Below are positions 58,866 through 64,000 of a DNA stretch of 64,000 bases, one piece after another. The position numbers and the translations under genes were made by a program. The notes below the pieces were generated by a model. That model did no database searches and was not told where the DNA came from. It saw only the letters and a list, made by a program, of their open reading frames with translations. The stretch is taken from assembly GCA_963823555.1 (NCBI GenBank), contig CAWGMA010000001.1, positions 480,001 to 544,000 on the forward strand. Reading direction: 5' to 3'. Each line of letters starts with the position of its first letter. Position 1 is the first letter of the stretch. This stretch comes from Candidatus Eiseniibacteriota bacterium (lineage in GTDB: Bacteria > Eisenbacteria > RBG-16-71-46 > CAVPCR01).

Positions 58866-61310
58866 ATGCGTGGATCAACCTCGTTCTTACTCGTCCTGGC
58901 TGCTCTGCCTGCCCTCATCGGCGCTGGGGACCCGGCAAGCGCCCAGGTCAACCCCCCTGAGAACGTGGTTCTCCTGAAGAACCTCGATCGTGGCGACACC
59001 TACAGCGGCAACTGGGGCTACACGGCGCCCGACGGCACGGAGCTCGCCATCTCCGGGACGACCACCGGGACCGCCTTCATCGACGCCACCGACCCCGCCA
59101 ATGCCTACGAGGTGGCCTTCATTCCCGGCCCCAACTCGACCTGGCGCGAGATGGCGACCCTCGGGAACTACTGCTACATCGTGACCGAGGCCACCGGCGC
59201 CGCGCTCCAGGTCGTGGACCTCTCGAATCCCCTGAGCCCGGCCCTCGTTGCCACGCTCAATCCGCCGAGCTTCTTCTATGCGACCGCTCACGAGATCAAG
59301 GCGGATCCCACGACCGGCTTCCTCTATGTCTGCGGCACCAGCCCGGGCTCGGGCCAGCCCAGCCGCGGGCTCGTCATCCTCGATTGCAATGCCAGCCCGA
59401 CCAACCCGACGCTGCGCGGCGACTGGAACGTGAACTACGTCCATGACATCTCGATCAAGGACGGCCGGGCTTACGCCGCGTCCATCTACGACGGGATCGT
59501 CTACGTCCTCGACGTCACCAACTCGGGAACGCCGCCCATCCTCGCCCAGTGGACCTACCCGCAAGCGTCGACGCACAACACCTGGCCCAGCGCGGATGGC
59601 CGCTACCTGGTGACGACCGACGAGGTCACCGGCTTCGGCATCAAGATCTGGGATGTGAGCAACCTCCAGAACATCACGCTGACGGACGAGTACTACTCGC
59701 CCACGGGATCGATCGCGCACAATGCCTACATCCGGGGCAACCTCGTGTTCGCCTCGTTCTACCGGGACGGTCTCCGGGTCTTCGATATCAGCGATCCCTA
59801 CAACATCCAGCCGGTGGGCTGGTACGACACGCACCCGCAGAGCGGACAGAGCTATTCCGGGGCCTGGGGTTGCTACGCCCTGGCCACGGACCCCAACATC
59901 GCTTACATCACCGATATGCAGACCGGGACCTACATCCTGCGCTACTCCAACGACCTCGGGACGCTCTCGGGGACGGTGCGCGACGCCCAGAACCAGCAAC
60001 CGCTGGCGGGGGCGTCGGTGGAGGTCCTGGAGGCGAGCTCGACGCGGACCACCAACGCCCAGGGGACCTACACTTTCTCCCTGCAGCCCGGCATCTACAA
60101 CGTGAACTGCTCGATCTTCGGCTACACCCCGGGGTCGGCCCAGGCCACGATCACGACCCAGCAGACGACGACTCTCGATTTCAACCTGAACCCGATTCCG
60201 GCCGGTGGCTTGACCGGTGTCGTGCGCGACTCGAACCAGACTCCGATCGCCGGGGCGACCGTGACGATCGATGGCACTCCGCTCAGCGCCGAGACCAACG
60301 GGAGCGGGGTCTACACCTTCGCTTCAGTGCCGATGGGCAGCTACAGCGCGACGGCATTCAGGTTCGGGTACGCATCCCAGACCGCGCCGGTCACCATCGT
60401 CGCCTCCCAGCAGGCGAGCCATGACTTCGTGCTCCAGGCCGCGTACTTCGCCAGCGACATGGAGACGAGCCCCGGCAACTGGACGGTGTCGGGGAACGCC
60501 ACCTCGGGCCAGTGGGTGCGCGTCGATCCGGTCGGCACGTTCAACGGGGGCGACCCCGTGCAGCCCGAGGATGATCACACCCGGGCTCCCGGCGTCCTGT
60601 GCTGGGTGACGGGAAACGGAGTCCCCGGCGGGGCCATCGGGGACAACGATGTCGACAACGGATCCACCATCCTCACCACCCATGTCTTCGATCTCAGCGC
60701 TCTCTCGGATCCGGTGCTGGATTACTGGCGCTGGTTCTCGAACGATGCCAATGGCAACGCCGACGACCCCTGGGTTGTCGAGGTGAGCTCGAACGGCGGA
60801 GCGACCTGGGTCGCGATCGAGAGCACGCTCGCCGCCCGGGCTTCCTGGATCCAGATCTCACGGCGTCTGGGCGACTACCTGACGCTTCCGCTGTCCCAGT
60901 TCCAGGTGCGATTCACCGCCAGTGACCTGACTCCGGGATCGATCGTCGAGGCAGCCATCGATGACTTCCAGATCTTCGACAGCGGGGCGACGACGGGTGT
61001 CGAGGAACCCGACGAGGGTCCGGTTACAGCGCCGGTTGCTCTCCGCGGCAATTTCCCCAATCCGTTCAATCCCACGACGGAGATCCAGTTCGAGCTATCG
61101 CGAGAGATGCCGGTGAAGCTGCGCATCTTCGATGCGTCGGGTCGCATCGTGCGCGTGCTCGTGGATGAGAGGCCGTTCGGTGCGGGAGCGCAGTCGGTGA
61201 CATGGGACGGCCGCAACGATGCGGCTCAGCCGGTGGCGAGTGGCGTCTACTACCTCCGGCTCGAGACGCCGGGCTCCTCGCAATCCAGGAGCATGGTGCT
61301 CGCCAAGTAG
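58866..61310 (+). CDS. Choice-of-anchor-B-like protein with two carboxypeptidase-regulatory-like domains, a jelly-roll domain and FlgD/T9SS-like CTD
   Basis: Same N-terminal domain as the 51213 gene; two G.L.G.VRD...P..GA.V...T...G.Y repeats; DVDNG.T.L, AAIDDF; PNPFNP...SGVYY. Confidence 0.82.
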   Translation: MRGSTSFLLVLAALPALIGAGDPASAQVNPPENVVLLKNLDRGDTYSGNWGYTAPDGTELAISGTTTGTAFIDATDPANAYEVAFIPGPNSTWREMATLGNYCYIVTEATGAALQVVDLSNPLSPALVATLNPPSFFYATAHEIKADPTTGFLYVCGTSPGSGQPSRGLVILDCNASPTNPTLRGDWNVNYVHDISIKDGRAYAASIYDGIVYVLDVTNSGTPPILAQWTYPQASTHNTWPSADGRYLVTTDEVTGFGIKIWDVSNLQNITLTDEYYSPTGSIAHNAYIRGNLVFASFYRDGLRVFDISDPYNIQPVGWYDTHPQSGQSYSGAWGCYALATDPNIAYITDMQTGTYILRYSNDLGTLSGTVRDAQNQQPLAGASVEVLEASSTRTTNAQGTYTFSLQPGIYNVNCSIFGYTPGSAQATITTQQTTTLDFNLNPIPAGGLTGVVRDSNQTPIAGATVTIDGTPLSAETNGSGVYTFASVPMGSYSATAFRFGYASQTAPVTIVASQQASHDFVLQAAYFASDMETSPGNWTVSGNATSGQWVRVDPVGTFNGGDPVQPEDDHTRAPGVLCWVTGNGVPGGAIGDNDVDNGSTILTTHVFDLSALSDPVLDYWRWFSNDANGNADDPWVVEVSSNGGATWVAIESTLAARASWIQISRRLGDYLTLPLSQFQVRFTASDLTPGSIVEAAIDDFQIFDSGATTGVEEPDEGPVTAPVALRGNFPNPFNPTTEIQFELSREMPVKLRIFDASGRIVRVLVDERPFGAGAQSVTWDGRNDAAQPVASGVYYLRLETPGSSQSRSMVLAK

Positions 61311-61357
61311 GCGGCGCCGCCGGAGCGCCCACGATCCGCAGGTGGGCCGGCGGTAGA

Positions 61358-62344
61358 TCAGGCGGCCAGCGGCCCCAGCACGGCGCGTGGGGCAACAGCG
61401 CCCTCGGCGACCCCGAACAGGGTGAGCGTGCGCTGGACCCCTGACTCTGCGGCGGCGATCAAGCGCTGGCGGTCCGTCGTCCAGCGAGTGACCGGAAGAT
61501 CGGGGGGAGGGGCCACCACGGCGAGGCGGGCCTCTTCCCCTCTTTCGTGTCGCCCGGCGCGCAGGAGTCTCAAGCCCTCGTGGAGTCGCGCCATCCCGGC
61601 GGCGTAGGAGGCGGCCAGGGCACCGGCCCGCCGATGGTCGATCGTCCGCCACACGAGCGGCATCAGGAAGCTCTGGGGTGTCGTCTCGGCGCTGGCCAGC
61701 GGCCGGCTCAAGAGGACGAGGACATCGCTGCAACCGTCCGCTATCGCCTCGAGGATCGGTACCGGAAGGAAGAGGGCGCCGTCCACGTATCGCGAGCCGC
61801 GGTGGACGATGGGGCGGCGGTAGACGAGTGGCATGGCCCCCGAGGCCTTGAGCAGGGTCAGCAGGTCGCGCGGCCCATCCATCTCGTTCTGGGTAAAGCA
61901 CTCCGTTCTGGCCCGCTCGACATTCGTCACGTAGACGTGAAGTCGAGTGGAACTGGCCAGCACTTGCTCCATCGCCAGCCGCTTTCTCCTGCCCACCACT
62001 TCTTCGTAGCAGAAGTCGATATCAACCGCTGTACCGCGGAGGATGCGCCGCCAGTCGATGAAGTTGCGGTTGTTGATGTCGCTGTAGTAGATCGAAGTAC
62101 CCAGCGTTACCTGACCGGAGAGGAAGTAGCTCGCGTTCACGGCTCCCGCCGAGGATCCATAGACCGCATCGAAGATGCTCCTGAGCCCGAGCTCCTCGAG
62201 CGCGCACAGGGCGCCCGCCGTGAAGACGCCCCGCATCGCCCCACCCTGGACGACGAGCCCGATGCGACGACCGTCACTCCATTTGCCGGCAGGCGCTCTC
62301 CTCCGGGCGAGAAGATGTTCGATGAGTGGTGCGGGCAAATTCAC
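61358..62344 (-). CDS. Patatin-like phospholipase
   Basis: GLVVQGGAMRG, GSSAG nucleophile elbow, YVDGA. GTG start after GGAG. Confidence 0.88.
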   Translation of the reverse strand: MNLPAPLIEHLLARRRAPAGKWSDGRRIGLVVQGGAMRGVFTAGALCALEELGLRSIFDAVYGSSAGAVNASYFLSGQVTLGTSIYYSDINNRNFIDWRRILRGTAVDIDFCYEEVVGRRKRLAMEQVLASSTRLHVYVTNVERARTECFTQNEMDGPRDLLTLLKASGAMPLVYRRPIVHRGSRYVDGALFLPVPILEAIADGCSDVLVLLSRPLASAETTPQSFLMPLVWRTIDHRRAGALAASYAAGMARLHEGLRLLRAGRHERGEEARLAVVAPPPDLPVTRWTTDRQRLIAAAESGVQRTLTLFGVAEGAVAPRAVLGPLAA

Positions 62345-62411
62345 TCTCCATGGGATTGGAGATGCCGCGGCCTGTGCGCTGCGGTTATCGTAGCAGCTGG
62401 AGGGAGGCGCG

Positions 62412-62657
62412 ATGCCAGCAGAAGCGAACGGTGGGGGCGAGGACGCCAGGGCCGAACGGGACCTGGCTGGTGTGATGAAGCTCGACCAGTTCCTCAAATG
62501 GTCGGGCATCACCGCCACCGGCGGTCAAGCCAAGGTCCTCATCCAGGGCGGTCAAGTGCGCGTCAACGGGGTGGTCGAGACACGCCGGGGGCGAATGCTC
62601 CGCTGCGGGGATCGGGTCGAGGTCGAGGGCCGGGTCTACCCGGTCGAGCGCTCCTGA
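62412..62657 (+). CDS. S4-domain RNA-binding protein (YaaA/YbcJ-like)
   Basis: MKLDQFLK..G...TGGQAK..I..G.V.VNG.VETRRGR.L..GD.V. Start may be 62475. Confidence 0.88.
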   Translation: MPAEANGGGEDARAERDLAGVMKLDQFLKWSGITATGGQAKVLIQGGQVRVNGVVETRRGRMLRCGDRVEVEGRVYPVERS

Positions 62658-62777
62658 GATCGGGACCCCGGCGGGGGTGCCGATGGATCTCGGGCGGCCC
62701 CGGCTCGGGCGTTGGGGGCTCTCCACCCACGCTCCCGGTGGGAGAGGCGGGTCCGGGTCCGTCCCGCCCTTCGGGGC

Positions 62778-62807
62778 TTGCCAAGGCGGCCGAGGCGGTG
62801 CTAGGCT
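62778..62807 (+). promoter_or_regulatory. Putative promoter of the act operon
   Basis: TTGCCA-18 nt-TAGGCT with extended TG. Confidence 0.4.
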
Positions 62808-62884
62808 GCGCCGTTCATTTTAATTAGCCTCCGTGTAGCCCTAGTCCGCCCTCGGCGGCCCGACCCCCAAACCGTGCTGTCTAC

Positions 62885-63535
62885 ATGGCCCAGCTCTTCC
62901 CTCGCAGCTCCAACGCGCTCGCGAAGGCGTCGATCGTCGTCGCCGCGGCACTCGTCGCTGGTCTCCTCTACGTCGTCTACGCCCTTGATCGCTCGAGCTA
63001 CACGACGGGCAAGGACGTCATCCTGAGCCAGCCCGTGCCGTTCAGCCACGACCACCACGTCGCCTCGATCGGGATCGACTGCCGCTATTGCCACACCTCG
63101 GTCGAGACCGCCTCGTTCGCCGGGATGCCGCCGACCGCGACCTGCATGAACTGCCATTCGCAGATCTGGTCGGACAGCCCGATGCTCGAGCCGGTGCGGG
63201 AAAGCTACCGCACCGGGAAGCCCATCGAGTGGACCCGGGTCCACAACCTCGCCGATTTCGTCTATTTCGATCATTCCATTCACATCGCCAAGGGCATCGG
63301 CTGCGCTACCTGCCATGGGCGTGTGGACAAGATGCCGCTCATGTGGCAGGAGGAATCACTGCGCATGGAGTGGTGCTTGAACTGCCATCGTAACCCCGAG
63401 CGCTACGTGCGGCCCCGGGAGGAAGTGTTCAACCTGGCGTGGGCGCCGCCGGCCAATGCCGACAGCCTGGGGCGAGCGCTCGTCGAGAAGTACAAGATCC
63501 AGAGCCTGACGCATTGTTCGGTCTGCCACCGCTAG
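62885..63535 (+). CDS. actA: Alternative complex III pentaheme cytochrome c subunit
   Basis: TM anchor, QPVPFSH..H, five CxxCH motifs (CRYCH, CMNCH, CATCH, CLNCH, CSVCH). Confidence 0.9.
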   Translation: MAQLFPRSSNALAKASIVVAAALVAGLLYVVYALDRSSYTTGKDVILSQPVPFSHDHHVASIGIDCRYCHTSVETASFAGMPPTATCMNCHSQIWSDSPMLEPVRESYRTGKPIEWTRVHNLADFVYFDHSIHIAKGIGCATCHGRVDKMPLMWQEESLRMEWCLNCHRNPERYVRPREEVFNLAWAPPANADSLGRALVEKYKIQSLTHCSVCHR

Positions 63536-63592
63536 TTGCCGCTGCCTGCTCACGCTGACGGAGCGGGCGAGATCGAGAGAGGAACTCGAGCC

Positions 63593-64000
63593 TTGTCGCA
63601 CGGATCCCAACACCCCGCCTTCGATCCGGAAGCCGGGACGGACCACGGTCACGATGATGATCTGGCGCCCGTCGCCGAGCCGATCGATATCGCTCGCCTG
63701 CGCCGCGAGCTGGCCGCCGCGCGCGGGCCGGAGTACTGGCGGAGCCTCGAGGAACTGGCCGGCACCGAGGCCTTCGCCGATCTCCTGCATCGCGAGTTCC
63801 CGCGCGAAGCTGCCGTCTGGGACGAGAGCGTGTCGCGGCGCAGTTTCCTCTCTCTCATGGGTGCCTCCCTGGCGCTCGGTGGACTCGCTGCCTGCAGCCC
63901 GCGCCCGATCGAGAAGATCGTTCCCTATGTGAAGCAACCCGAGGAGCTGGTTCCCGGGAAACCCCTCTACTTCGCCTCGGCCATGGTGCTGGGCGGTATC
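63593..64000 (+). CDS. actB: Alternative complex III subunit B (TAT-variant molybdopterin-oxidoreductase-like), 3'-partial; absent from the ORF track
   Basis: TTG start after GAGAGGA. Translation includes YWRSLEELA...EFP...SRRSFLSLMGASLALGGLAAC..RP.EKIVPYVKQPEE..PG.P.YFAS. Open to the window end. Confidence 0.88.
   Translation, partial: MSHGSQHPAFDPEAGTDHGHDDDLAPVAEPIDIARLRRELAAARGPEYWRSLEELAGTEAFADLLHREFPREAAVWDESVSRRSFLSLMGASLALGGLAACSPRPIEKIVPYVKQPEELVPGKPLYFASAMVLGGI

Noticed and set aside
1..64000. CRISPR array, rRNA, transposase or prophage genes
   Set aside because: No regularly spaced short repeats or matching motifs seen; recurring GATCTCGACGGCGA-type words are codons for DLDGD FG-GAP repeats.

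Overview
GC-rich bacterial chromosomal segment. The gene content (T9SS/FlgD-like C-terminal sorting domains, Bacteroidota-type GlmU-like protein, ExbB-ExbD-ExbD-TonB cluster, alternative complex III) suggests an FCB-related lineage such as Ca. Eisenbacteria, Krumholzibacteriota or Latescibacterota; this is inference only. The dominant feature is a ~29 kb same-strand tandem array of six ~1600-aa gingipain-like (C25) cysteine proteases at 10024-39129, each with propeptide, catalytic His/Cys, Ig/FN3 stalk, FG-GAP propeller and C-terminal sorting domain. Copies 3-5 share ~0.9-1 kb near-identical DNA blocks. These blocks use G-ending synonymous codons, contain G-quadruplex-type motifs, and flank variable segments whose pairwise sharing changes along the gene. 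That pattern suggests recombinational shuffling (gene conversion), though mis-assembly must be excluded. Other notable items: an ElsL-like YkuD domain fused to a MurC/Mpl-like ligase next to a Yej/Opp-type peptide ABC importer; a PstS-like/TPR/ExbBDD/TonB operon between two choice-of-anchor-B-like paralogs; ten proteins carrying the same C-terminal sorting domain, one of them frameshifted. Housekeeping content: LeuA-like synthase, etfBA, tRNA-Gln, tRNA-Glu, PP2C phosphatase, STAS protein, patatin, S4 protein, actA and the start of actB. No CRISPR array, rRNA, integrase or transposase was seen.
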